The position numbers were made by a program, and so were the translations under genes. This document shows positions 26,369 to 38,517 of a stretch of 64,000 bases of DNA, in pieces; the stretch's first letter is position 1, and each line of letters opens with the position of its first letter. The DNA comes from Octopus vulgaris (Eukaryota), in assembly GCA_951406725.2 (NCBI GenBank), contig OX597843.1:13640001-13704000 (forward strand), given 5' to 3'. Under the pieces are notes generated by a model. The model saw only the letters and a program-made list of their open reading frames with translations. It was not told the DNA's origin and did not search any database.

Positions 26369-26805
26369 CCATATATATACATCTTAGTGTGTGTATATTT
26401 ATTTCTATCTGTTACTTGTTTCAGTCATTGGGCTGTGGCCATGCTGGATCTAAGTCCAATGAATAAACCCCAGAGCTTATTTTTAAAGCCTTGTAGTTAT
26501 TTTATTGGCTGCTTTTGCCAAACCACTATGATATAAGGACGTAAACAAACCAATACTGGCTGTCATGTAGTGATGGAGACAAACACAAACACACACACAC
26601 ACACACAGTTTCCCAAATGGTAGAAGACACTTGTCCATGGTGCCACACGGTGGGACTGAACCCAAAACCATGTGGTTGGGAAGCAAGCTTCTTACCACAC
26701 AGCCACACCCGCAACTTCAGTTTTGTTATAAATGTGGAGACTTTGTCCCCAGGATTATCCTTTCTTTATAAGGATACTCGCTTTGTTATAAGGGTGGTTA
26801 CTTAC

Positions 26806-26943
26806 CTTTGCAAGGAGAGTTAGCGTCCGGCTGACTTTCCGATCCGGGTGGTGTTCCTGGAGCAGGAACAACTTTGGCGACAATATGGCCGGAACGAAGA
26901 ACCGCAAGAAGAGAAACCCACTGACTGCATGGTAGGCATAATC
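26806..26943 (-). CDS. RASAL1: RasGAP gene exon: [26 protein letters not shown]...SRTLTLLAK
   Basis: CAG acceptor, GTAAGT donor, 138 nt; RasGAP signature FLRFFxPAIxSP. Confidence 0.96.
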
Positions 26944-27892
26944 CTGTCAAAAGACAACAGTTGGGCCTAAATAAGGGATCTACAAATGCAATATCCCTGC
27001 ATATCTCACATCTATTTTCATTTCCCCACTTCACTCTCTATTTCGTATCTTATCTAAATTAACTGTTGCTTAACCATTCTCTCACACCGTCTGCGAGGAA
27101 GGGATATGATAAATATCTTGGAAACAACTGTAAGACCTATTTATAAATGTTCTAAAATCTTCACAGCCTTGGGTTTTTTTAAAATCTTATTCTGAAAAAA
27201 AAATTATTTATACACAAGCTGATATATGACCTGCATTGGACTCCTTATTCACATAATCACCAAACCTGTGAGTGTTTATTGAACGAAAACACCTAAAGCT
27301 CCATGAGGCTCCAGCAGAGGGTGGTGGCGATCCCTGCTGTACTCTTTCGCCACAACTTTCTCCCACTCTTTCTTCTGTTGGCCTGCTCGCTAAGCCAGCG
27401 GGGTGGTGTCATTCGAAGGCTAAAACAATGTGAAGCGCATTGTGACCAGCGATGTGTAGCAACATCTGATAGCTTGGTCGGTCACGGTGATCACGTGATA
27501 TATATATATATATATATACACAGATAAATATATAAATATTGCTATATATGAATATAATGTGGTAAGGCTTCAACAAGTGGAATAGTTCTTGATCAGTTCA
27601 GAGAGTGAAGATAATGTTTATGATGAAAACCACAAGTTTTGTGAAAAACACCTGTCTAGGTATGAGACAGTTTGTCAGGTGTGCTCTAAGCAGTTGCTGA
27701 TGCTCTTGTAGAAGACCACACAGGGGAGATAACCAATGCTATAGCATACATTACATGTCAAAAATATGTAAACTAAATGGGAATTGTTTTGGATGTGATG
27801 GTGGGTCGGTATTTAAATTCTGCTAAGGTATATTTTGTAAGATGCAGACATAAAGAACAAAAATCTCGTTCTTAGAACTTATGCAGTATATA

Positions 27893-28520
27893 GGCGCAGG
27901 AGTGGCTGTGTGGTAAGTAGCTTGCTAACCAACCACATGGTTCCGGGTTCAGTCCCACTGCGTGGCATCTTGGGCAAGTGTCTTCTGCTATAGCCCTGGG
28001 CCGACCAATGCCTTGTGAGTGGATTTGGTAGACGGAAACTGAAAGAAGCCTGTCGTATATATATATTTTTTTTTTTTTTTTTTTTGTACTTGTTTCAGTC
28101 ATTTGACTGCGGCCATGCTGGAGCACCGCCTTTTAGAGTGGTGAAAGAGTACAGCAGGGATCACCACCTCCTGCCGGAGCCTCGTGGAGCTTTTAGGTGT
28201 TTTTCGCTCAATAAACACACACAACGCCCGGTCTGGAAATCGAAACCGCGATCCTCCGACCGCAAGTCCGCTGCCCTAACCACTAGGCCATTATATAAAT
28301 GTATGTATGTGTGTGTGTTTGTGTGTCTGTGTTTGTCCCCCTAGCATTGCTTGACAACCGATGCTGGTGTGTTTACGTCCCCGTAACTTAGCGGTTCGGC
28401 AAAAAGAGACCGATAGAATAAGTACTGGGCTTACAAAGAATAAGTCCTGGGGTCAATTTGCCCGACTAATGGCGGTGCTCCAGCATGGCCGCAGTCAAAT
28501 GACTGAAACAAGTAAAAGAA
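27893..28520 (+). mobile_element. SINE family A interrupted by inverted SINE fragments
   Basis: Head to 28060; insert 28065-28292; remainder 28310-28520. Confidence 0.85.
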
Positions 28521-28860
28521 AAAAAAAAAGTCATTGGGGGCTCTTAACTTCTTTAAAAGGTACAATTTCTTGAGAGAACATATTAAATATCTTTTTGATG
28601 CATTAAGGCCAAACTCTGGATAAAAAAAAATATCCAGACATAGAAACAAAATAAATGAATTAAAATTGGCTTCAAATGTTGGCAGAAGGTTAGCAGTTTC
28701 AGAGAAGTGGGTAAGTAGATTACATTGAACCCCAGTACTCAACTGGTACTTATTTTATCAACCCTGAAAGGATGAAGGTAAAATGGGTCTTGGCAGAATT
28801 TGAACTCAGAATGTAGAGATGGACAAGATACCACTAAGCATCCCACTCAGCTAACAATTC

Positions 28861-29487
28861 AGATCTTTTCCTTTTGAACGGCAGACAATTTCTAGTTAAC
28901 TAAACACTTTGAAACTTCGTATACTGGTTGAATGTGTCAAAATAACACATTTTTTCTCTTGGCTTTCTTGAGAAAATTGTAATTTGTTTGTTAACGTAGT
29001 TTAATTTTTCGAATTTTAACCAATCCTATGCTCTCTTTTGAGCTAAAATCATTTGCTGCATCTAAAACAGAGACAACATTCTGTAACTAACCCTAAACCT
29101 ACCCCCTAACCCTAAATTTTTTTTTCTTAATTGTTAAATTAATTTAATTGTTACGCGTGTAAAAAAACTAAAGCAATGGAATTAAATTAATTTAACGATT
29201 AAGAAAAAAAAGAATTAGGGTTAGGGGGGAGGTTTAGGGTTAGTTACAGGATATTGTGTCAGTTTTAGACGCAGCAAATGATTTTAGTTGAATGGAGGTA
29301 ATCGATTGGTTAAAATTGCCGAAATGCTCGGATTTTCAGACGAAATATCTTACAAACTATAGAATTTTCTCAATAAAGCCAAGAGAAAATGATGTTTTAT
29401 AAACACATTCTACCAGTTTACGAAGTTTAAAAGTGTTTAGTTAACTAGAAATTGTGTTGACATCTGCCGTTCAAAAGGAAAAGATCC
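28861..29487. mobile_element. Foldback non-autonomous DNA transposon, 8-bp TSD
   Basis: TIR (G/A)GATCTTTTCCTTTTGAACGGCAGA, long inverted arms, TSD AACAATTC; partial copy at 15130-15497. Confidence 0.9.
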
Positions 29488-29589
29488 AACAATTCTGCCT
29501 CAGACAAAAGATCTCACGTCTGCACTTATTTAGTTCCACAATTCCCCAGAATACCAAACAATGGAAAAAATGTCTTGAAAATGTCTCAC

Positions 29590-29788
29590 CATATTCTCTT
29601 CATTCCCTGTGGGCCATTTGTTTTGAACTTGTTCCTTGAGATGTTTAAAGACCAACCTCATCAGAATTGGACATTTACTGTGGGAGTTCAGGATGGCCTC
29701 CATAATATTGGTAATGTAACAAGTGACGGCTGTCTTGCTGTGCTCCAGGACGTGGCCGTTAGACTCTTTTATGCTGGACCAGTGGCGC
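29590..29788 (-). CDS. RASAL1: RasGAP gene exon: RHWSSIKES...AILNSHSKCPILMRLVFKHLKEQVQNKWPTGNEENM
   Basis: AAG acceptor, GTGAG donor, 199 nt, phase 2 to 0; CPxxMRxxF motif. Confidence 0.9.
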
Positions 29789-30342
29789 CTTTGTTGGGAA
29801 GAATGCAAAGAAGAATGGGTGAAAGTGGTGTTATATTAAACATACATGCGTGCATGTGTAGATGTGTCTATGCATTTGTATGCATGTGTGTATATATATG
29901 TATATATATATATAGTTAATCCAAACAAGAAAGCACAAAAAATACAACAACGTGAGGATGTGGAACAAATATAGTATTATTGGACTCTCAGGAAAGAAGG
30001 AGGGTTTAACATTTCGAGCGGAGCTCTTTGTCGGAAACATAGGAGAAGGAAAGATCCAGAGAAGGGAAGACAGAGGGAAAAAAATCGCCAACGGTACACA
30101 TGAGGTCACATTTTGAAAGGAATATATATATATATATAATAATATTAGGGAGTAAATCCAAATTTACAGGGAAAAATTAGATTTAGGATTAAATCCAATT
30201 TCACAGTATAAATATAAATTAAATTAGAGATAAAACCACTATTAGGCAAATCAAACAGTGAAAAACATAAAAATAAAAATAATTAATATAATCAACAAAA
30301 TATATAAAATATAAAATTTAAAATTTAAATTGAAAATCATTA

Positions 30343-30381
<39 letters not shown>

Positions 30382-31216
30382 TTATATATAACTATCAAAA
30401 GTATTAAAAGTTTAATATAAGATAATAAGTAATCTTATATTAAACTTTTAATACTTTTTGATAGTTATATAAATATATATATATATATATATAAATATAT
30501 ATATATAAATTAATAATTTTTAATTTAAATAATTTAAATTTTGTATTTTATATATTTTGTACATTATATTAATTATATTTATTTTTATGTTTTGGTTTAT
30601 GTTTTCCATTGTTTGATTTGCCTAATAGTGGTTTTATCTCTAATTTAATTTACATACATATATATGTATCCTTAAATCCTTAAAAATGTTTAAGCCCGAA
30701 GGCCGCGGCCATGCTGGGGCACCACCGCTGTATATATATAATTTTTTCTTTCTCGCTAGACCACTGGCAACTAAGAATTTTTCAATGAATATTCTTGCTA
30801 CCCTAAGATTTTTATTAATGATAAAATGTTTTTTGGCTAATTCTGGAAGAAAATCGGCAATTTATTTATTTAGTGCTGGTTGAGTTCCGCATCTGCACAG
30901 TAAATTTGAAAAATTAGAACCTACAGACACATGGCTGATTACTTATAGCTATGTGTTCAGTCTTGGCAACCTACTGAGGAAGCAGTGCCAGATATAGACT
31001 GAAATTATCTTATTTCAGTCTGTACTTAAGTTTGCAGAAACCTTGCAGGGTCTAGGATTAAGGTAAAAATTTTTATTTTCCAATCACTTTCGGAATTACA
31101 ACAGTTGGTGGCTTGGAGTTTTAACTGCTCTTTCTAGCGAGTCAGATATCCTATTCTTCGGGTATCTCTTTTGTGTTTGAATGTACAATGTATTCTTCTC
31201 GAAATATATATATATA

Positions 31217-31617
31217 GGCGCAGGAGTGGCTGTGTGGTAAGTAGCTTGCTAACCAACCACATGGTTCCGGGTTCAGTCCCACTGCGTGGCACCTTGGGCA
31301 AGTGTCTTCTGCTATAGCCCCGGGCCGACCAATGCCTTGTGAGTGGATTTGGTAGACGGAAACTGAAAGAAGCCTGTCGTATATATGTATATATATATAT
31401 GTATGCGTGTGTGTGTCTGTGTTTGTCCCCCTAGCATTGCTTGACAACCGATGCTGGTGTGTTTATGTCCCCGTCACTTAGCGGTTTGGCAAAAGAGACC
31501 GATAGAATAAGTACTGGGCTTACAAAAGAATAAGTCCCGGGGTCGATCTGCTTGACTAAAGGCGGTGCTCCAGCATGGCCGCAGTCAAATGACTGAAACA
31601 AGTAATAGAGTAAAGAG
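31217..31617 (+). mobile_element. SINE family A
   Basis: Full-length copy. Confidence 0.9.
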
Positions 31618-31761
31618 TATATAATGTATATGTATGTATGAGGCACAGCATAAATAGTGGGCTTTACATTATCCTTTATTCATACAATTTGTGACTTACA
31701 TCTGTTTCTGAAGGGCATTGTAGGTGCAGACCATTGTCCTGTTTATTCAATTGGTCCATGT

Positions 31762-32065
31762 GGAGGCACATGGCCTAGTGGTTAGAGCAGCGGACTCGCG
31801 GTCGGGGGATCGCGGGTTCAAATTTCAGACCGGACGATGTGTGTGTTTACGAGTAAAAACACCTGAGCTCCTCGCGACTCCGGCAGAAGGTAATGGTGAA
31901 CTTCTGCTGACTCTTTTGCCACAACTTTCTCTCACTCTTTCCTCCTGCATCTTGCAGCTCACCTGAGACGGACTGGCATCCCGTCCAGGTGGGGAACCTA
32001 TACGCCAAGGAAACCGGGAAACCGGCCCTTATGAGCCAAGTGTGGCTTGAGAAGGAGAAGGAACA
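31762..32065 (+). mobile_element. tRNA-derived SINE family C
   Basis: TGGCCTAGTGGTTAGAGCAGCGGACTCGCGGTCG...GGTTCAAATT head plus non-tRNA body; related pieces at 27270-27500 and 28135-28292. Confidence 0.8.
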
Positions 32066-32722
32066 ATTGGTCCGTTGATCAACTCTGCAGACTCTGATGA
32101 AGATAACATTAGTTTTTTTAAAGTTCAATTTTTCTCACTTGATCAACAAACCAATTAATTATGACTGCACCTATAATATTTATCAAAAATCAAAATTGCA
32201 CAAATAAAGAAATGGAGTATACTCATCAACCCTGCCATAAGTCTAACGAGCTGTTCTTCACTAATTTGAAAATATTTTGTTAGCCTGATGTATTTGTATT
32301 AACAGAGAGCTTATGAAGTATTGGTAATCCATCCCCTCCTCACCGTGGTGGGGATGCTGGCAACGGGTAGTGTCAGACCTATGCCGTCGGGAACTTCGGT
32401 TCCTGGTAGGGTCACCCAAGGTGGATTGGTCTGACACCGAATGGTATTAGGGCCACAACCCGGCAAACGGGGCTCTGGTGAAAATCCTCGGAGTGTCTGC
32501 TTCGGCAATTGGCAGCTCCTCGGTCGTTCTGTCCCTGCGTCTGCGGACAATCTGTAGCAAACAGGATGTCTCCTCATGCGGGATTGTTGGGGACCGCTTG
32601 CGAAATCCACATATTCCCACGAAACTTCTTCCACGAGTAGAAGAAGCCGACTCAACCCGCCCAGGGTGAATGTCGCCACAAGTACAAGTAATCCCTCATT
32701 AATAACTCTTTATATATATATA

Positions 32723-32777
<55 letters not shown>

Positions 32778-33014
32778 CTAGGATCAACTGCTAAATCTAT
32801 AAGTTTTTTTTATTCTCTCTGTTTATTTTCTTTTATTCCTTTCCGTTGAGGAGCGTAGGCTCGAAACGTAAAAGATTTTCTCACTTTCCCAAGTGTCAAA
32901 CTAATACACCTGCTTGTTATTTATACACCTGTCATCTTTTGCTTTTCTGTAAATTTCAACTACACACACACTTCTTACACAAACCACTTCATTTCATGCT
33001 ACAGAGTAGTGATG

Positions 33015-33200
33015 ATGGATTTTATGGCAAAGGGCACCACAATATAATGGGGCACATTATGCTTCTTTGCTGCAGAAATTGCAGGACGCCATCAAAGCAG
33101 AGAGGCATGGCATGCTGACCAAAGGAGTCTGCCTCCTCCAAGACAACGCTCCAGTTCACAATGTGCATGTTGCCCATATTGAAAGCTTGACTCCTGCGGC
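33015..33200 (+). pseudogene. mariner transposase fragment
   Basis: LLQKLQDAIKAERHGMLTKGVCLLQDNAPVH. Confidence 0.8.
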
Positions 33201-33301
33201 TATGAAATATATACATGTGTGTGTGAAGTGTGTGTGTATGTATCTACATGTGAAAAAGAGATAGACAGAGAAAGAGAGAGATAGGGAGAGAAAGCTTGTA
33301 C

Positions 33302-33411
33302 CTTTTGATACTATCAACCCTCGTTGGGTCCAGCTCCACTATTCTTCGGTCGCCATACACTTGGTCTATCACATGGCCCATCGTCTCTTGTAAATAGTGA
33401 AGACCCACCAC
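33302..33411 (-). CDS. RASAL1: RasGAP gene exon: VVGLHYLQETMGHVIDQVYGDRRIVELDPTRVDSIK
   Basis: CAG acceptor, GTAC donor, 110 nt, phase 0 to 2; ELDP motif. Confidence 0.93.
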
Positions 33412-33849
33412 CTGGCAATAAACAATTGGAATAAAGAATATCAAACAACAAACCCAAACAAACAAAGGGTGCTGACTGGCCCTTAATGTCTTTGGTTGGG
33501 AGTAGGCTGCAACTTGTAGTAGAAATGAAAGCAAAATGAAAACAACAACAACAAGAAGAATAATCGTTTCTCGTATAGGCACAAGGCTTGAAATTGTTGG
33601 GGAGGGGACTGGTTGATTACATCAACCCCAGTGGTCAACTGGTATTAATTTTTTGAGGCGGCGAGCCTCAATAATTTATTAAGGCGGCGAGCTGGCAGAA
33701 TCGTTAGCACACCAGGCGAAATGCGTAGCCGTATTTCGTCAGCCGTTACGTTCTGAGTTCAAATTCTGCCGAGGTTGACTTTGCCTTTCATTCTTTCAGG
33801 GTCGATTAAATAAGTACCACTTATGCACTGGGGTCGATATAATCGACTT

Positions 33850-34260
33850 AGTTAGTTAGTTTGTTAATTTTTTGGCTCAAAAGCAAAAAGCAAGGCCATG
33901 TAGGGGGACATGGAGTTATGTACCGGGTGGTATTCATGCAAAGAGTTCAGGCCATTTCTGGTCGAGAGAGACTTTGAACCGAGTGGTCGTTGGTATCTTC
34001 ACTATCTTGTCCGGCAGCTTATTCCACAGATCCGCAACCCAGACAGAGAAAGCCCCTTGCTTTTGATTGAGATGAAATCGTCGCAGATAGAGCTTTTGGG
34101 AGTGACCCGGCAGCCGACGCTCTGGAGCAGGAGTGAAGAACAGGTCTTTCGAGAGGTTACACTTTCTGCTTATGATGTTGTGAGCGAGAATGAGATCACC
34201 ACGGCGTCATCGTTTCTCTAGAGAATAAAGGTCGAGCGTCTTCAGCCTTTCTTCATAAGA
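33850..34260 (-). mobile_element. CR1/L2-type LINE 3' fragment inserted into a SINE
   Basis: Reads SYEERLKTLDLYSLEKR*RRGDL...WNKLP; (CTAA)n tail; GACTTA duplicated at both junctions. Confidence 0.82.
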
Positions 34261-34510
34261 CTTAATCCGTTTGTCTGTCCTTGTTTGTCCCCTCTGTGTT
34301 TAGCCCCTTGTGGGTAGTAAAGAAATAGGTACTTAATTTATTGAACCTAAAAGGATGAAAGGCAAAGTCAACCTTGGTGGGATTTGAAGTGAGAGAATGT
34401 AAAAAACTGGACGAAATGCCACTAAGAGAAAGAAGAAAAAAAATGAACAACTACAACGATTTGAGAGGGGTTAGTTTTAAGTTGTGGGTCCATTAACTGA
34501 CAGTTTTTAC

Positions 34511-34575
34511 CTTCATAAAATGGTCCATAGACTTCGTAGCTAGGGAGTTCCCTCGGAACAGTGTGTTGGGATCAG
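34511..34575 (-). CDS. RASAL1: RasGAP gene exon with arginine finger: DPNTLFRGNSLATKSMDHFMK
   Basis: TTTCAG acceptor, GTAAA donor, 65 nt, phase 1 to 0. Confidence 0.95.
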
Positions 34576-35012
34576 CTGAAATTGTAAATAGGAAATTTGT
34601 TTCAGAAGCAAAGAAATGTGAAAGTGCAGTGCACACATGTCTCTATACTTGCCGTCTCTGAAGAACATGTGGTACTACTTGATGATGCTCTTATGCACCA
34701 TCCAGTTTTAATACCCTGTGTGAAACTGGTTGGTAATACGATTAGTTATGATACTGTATACTTATATATATATATATATAAATATAACAAAGGGTAAAAT
34801 TAATTAATTAAGAAGTAATCAATAATTTCACCAAGCAGAATTCGGCATGAAAAAAGGACCATTTCACGGTAAAATTAAGTAATACTTAATAATTAGGATT
34901 TAGCAAAGATTTGCTTTACCACATACCTAACTTCGATAGCTAAGGTTTTTGGCTGCTATTTCTAAACTTCGGTATGTGGTAAAGCAAATCTTTGCTAAAC
35001 CCTAATTATTAA

Positions 35013-35050
<38 letters not shown>

Positions 35051-35342
35051 ATGGACTTTCCCATCATTAAATGATGTATGAGGGTTCGACATTTTCTTAC
35101 CAAACAAGCACACAGATGATTTATAGTGATCAAATGTTTGTGTAGACCTAAGCTCGCACCCTCCATCAAATTGACATTACCTGTACAGGTGCAACAGGGT
35201 GCCGCATGTCAGATGTCAAAATGATCGCAGAGCAACATGAAATGAAGAACACAATACAATGCCCGGTCTGGGAATTGAACCCACGATCTCACAGTCATGA
35301 GTGCAGCACCCTAACCACTAAGCCATGCACCTTCACATCTAG

Positions 35343-35648
35343 TCTTTATATATAAAATTGAAGTTGTGTGTGTGAGACTCTGTCTCCTCCGATTTAGATT
35401 CCTAACTACTCCCACATTTTGCGGTGCAGTTTAACCAAAAGCAGGTATCTTATAGTCGTCATTCATATCAAGCCCTTCTGGGTATTAGCGCGCATCTACG
35501 ATGAGTCTACGATTTAAAAAAAATTTACCATCATTTTTCCGCATTTTTAATGATTTTTGCTCGGGTTACATAAGGGAAGTAACTCTCTAAAAATGGTTAT
35601 ATAGTTATTTCCCTTACAAACCCGAGCAACGCCGGGCGATACTGCTAG
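35343..35648 (+). mobile_element. Non-autonomous Helitron
   Basis: 5' TCTTTATATATAAAA; 3' hairpin CCCG...CGGG then CTAG-T; 5' end could be 35338. Confidence 0.85.
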
Positions 35649-36214
35649 TTATATATAAAGATATATAGATAGACAGACAGATAGATATGTTGGCTGCAAC
35701 TGCAAAATGATTTCAAGCAATACCATTGCTTTGTATTTTTCTCTTAAACATGGAGGATCCACACTCGTTCATGTCGACATGGCAATGATGGGCACCTCTT
35801 GCAGCAGGTGTTCAGAGAGCTTACCACCCATGCTGACTCATGCCTTCATTCCATCTTTGAAAGGTTTTTGTCTTGCAAGGTACTTGCTGATTCTGTAAAA
35901 GCACCCAGTGGCACTCTGCAAAGTGGTTGGCATTAGGAAGGGCGTCCAACCATAGAAACCATTTCAAAACTGATATGGAGCCAAGGCAGCCATTCAGCCG
36001 GCCAGACCCTGGTCAAGCTGTCCAACCCATGCCAGCATGGAAAACAAACATTAAATGATGATGATGATGGTGATTGAATATTCTCTCCTGGTATCACATG
36101 TTCATACACACAGACATCAACCACCACCACCACCACCAAATTCCCCTTCCCCTCCCCATGGCTGTCACCACCCTTCCCTTGTCCTCCACCCCCACCACCT
36201 CTGCCACTACTTAC

Positions 36215-36374
36215 ATGTGTTCTTGACCTCTTCTGCTGTGATGGCCGTCAAATATTCTGTGATGAGTCCCTCGTTTAAATAAAGTCTGACCAGACAGTTG
36301 GACATTTCATTGAGGTCAAGGCGACTGATTTCTTCCAACAAGTGGACAGCACTGAGATCTGGTGCTTCTGTACC
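36215..36374 (-). CDS. RASAL1: RasGAP gene exon, GAP domain start: GTEAPDLSAVHLLEEI...ITAEEVKNT
   Basis: (CT)n-TAG acceptor, GTAAGT donor, 160 nt, phase 0 to 1; not in the supplied ORF track. Confidence 0.9.
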
Positions 36375-36669
36375 CTAGAGAGAGAGAGAGAGAGAGAGAG
36401 AGTGAGTAAGAGAGAGTAAGAGAGAGATGAGTGTGAGCTGGAGTCAAAGTGCTCAAAGACCAAATTGAGAAGAGTGGGCTTAGCTGACCTCAAATTAATT
36501 ACATTGACCCCAGCACTTAACTGCAACTTAATTTTATTGATGTTAAAGGGATGAACAGCAAAACTGACTTTGGCAGAACTTGAACTCAGAATGTAAATAC
36601 AGACAAAATACTGTTAAGTGTTTTGCCTGGTGTGCTAACAATTCTGCCACTTCACCACTTTATTTATAT

Positions 36670-36823
36670 GTAGGAGTGGCTGTGTGGTAAGTAGCTTGCT
36701 TACCAACCACATGGTTCTGGGTTCAGTCCCACTGCGTGGCATCTTGGGCAAGTGTCTTCTACTATAGCCTCGGGCTGACCAAAGCCTTCTGAGTGGATTT
36801 AGCAGATGGAAACTGAAAGAAGC

Positions 36824-36881
<58 letters not shown>

Positions 36882-37082
36882 TGTGTTCTGCGTTTGTCCC
36901 CCTCAAAATCGCTTGACAACTGATGCTGGTGTCCCCGTAACTTAGCGGTTCGGCAAAAGAGACTGATTGAATAAGTACTAGGCTAACAAAGAATAAGTCC
37001 TGGGGTCGATTTGCTCGACTAAAGGCGGTGCTCCAGCATAGCCGCAGTCAAATGACTGAAACAAGTAAAAGAGTAAAAGAGA
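36670..37082 (+). mobile_element. SINE family A
   Basis: Full-length copy. Confidence 0.9.
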
Positions 37083-37114
37083 GAGAGAGTATCACTATCA
37101 TATCTTTGCTTCTG

Positions 37115-37331
37115 TGATGGGGTGCTGTAAAATTCCTGGCTTTAAGGGTATCACAAAAGGCCTGGTTGGAGGCCCAACCTTCCGAGTTCTTTTACAGGGT
37201 TTAGAAAAACTGAAGGACCCCCTGCAGTAAGTGTGTGAAACTGAGAAGGGAATATGGTGAATAAAATCATAATTAGCTGATCTTCCTGTATTCTCCTTTA
37301 CCCAAAGCCAGGAACTTTTCAGTACCCCTTA
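37115..37331. mobile_element. Tc1/mariner-type MITE
   Basis: Inverted ends GGGGTGCTGTAAAATTCCTGGCTTT / AAAGCCAGGAACTTTTCAGTACCCC. Confidence 0.65.
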
Positions 37332-37451
37332 GTATGTATAAATTTATATAGGCATGTGTGTATATAATATGTGTATGTATTGTGTGCAAGTGTGGGTGTG
37401 TGAGGCTGTTTGTGTATGGATATATGTTTGTGTATAGTTATGTATGTTCAT

Positions 37452-37483
<32 letters not shown>

Positions 37484-37600
37484 TGTTATATTTCGGAATG
37501 GTCATTTCGCCCGTTTAGCCAATAAAAACACATGCACTATATATTTGGTGTTACTTTGCTTCAGTGTTATTTATTTTTTAAATTAATCTTAATCTTATTT

Positions 37601-37646
37601 CGGCCAGAGTTCTTTCGTCACACTCCTGTGACCTCATCAGTGGTCC
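37601..37646 (-). ncRNA. Candidate minimal type-I hammerhead ribozyme
   Basis: GGACCA-CTGATGA-G-GTCAC-AGGAGT-GTGAC-GAAA-GAA-CTC-TGGCC; intact core. Confidence 0.65.
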
Positions 37647-37872
37647 TTTGCTTTCTTCTTTCTTATTTGTGTGTCTCTCCTTACTAACGGTCAGCTATTT
37701 TGTATTCCTATTGTATGTGTCTTCATTTGCGCATGCATATACCTCTGTGTGTCTATGTTTAGTTAGTGTGTGTGTGGGGGGGAAGTACCTGTAATATTTG
37801 TATCTCCTGTTTATATACATTCGTGTAATTTGTTTTTGTCTATTTTCATTTTATTCATGTGTTTACACCTAC

Positions 37873-37925
<53 letters not shown>

Positions 37926-37928
37926 TAT

Positions 37929-38310
37929 GGGTTTTTCTTCTTCTTTCAATTTTGCTTCCATTTCTTGCCGAGTGTCTTCCTGACTCCTAGGGCAAAGAAA
38001 CTCATAGTATACATTGGTAGACCATTAAACTAAACTCACTAGTTCGTTCATTTTTTTTTTTGATAGAAATAAAGTTAAATTAAAATACATGGGTAGTAAT
38101 AGTTCTCACATTGATAATCCTCTTCTCAATACGTGTGATGTACCAGTTAAGACAATCTTTTGCACTTCTTGCGGGGATGGTAAGCCAGGGATCATTCTCA
38201 TATAATTTCGGTTCCCTTCTTGATCATTCCTAGTGCTCCTACGATCACTGATATTGTAACCGCCTTGAGATGCCACATTTTCTCAATTTCAATGAGCAGG
38301 TCTTTATATA
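37929..38310 (-). mobile_element. R4/Dong-like non-LTR element, 3' fragment, inside (TAA)n
   Basis: Reads YKDLLIEIEKMWHLKAVTISVIVGALG...EVQKIVLTGTSHVLRR (restriction-like endonuclease C-terminus); (TTA)n on both flanks. Confidence 0.8.
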
Positions 38311-38444
38311 TTTTTTATTATTATTATTATTATTATTATCATTACTATTATGTATGTATAATAATAATAATAATAATAATAACAGTAATAATAATTTTTA
38401 AAAATGTGTATAGTTATTTACTTCCATTTGTTTATTTATCTGTG

Positions 38445-38517
<73 letters not shown>

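Noticed and set aside
27615-27660. Further hammerhead-like skeletons (also 2478-2520, 8170-8212, 27089-27136)
   Set aside because: Catalytic boxes are mutated or incomplete; at most dead remnants, so not called as features.
31762-31835. tRNA gene
   Set aside because: A and B boxes are present but there is no proper acceptor stem; it runs into a SINE body.
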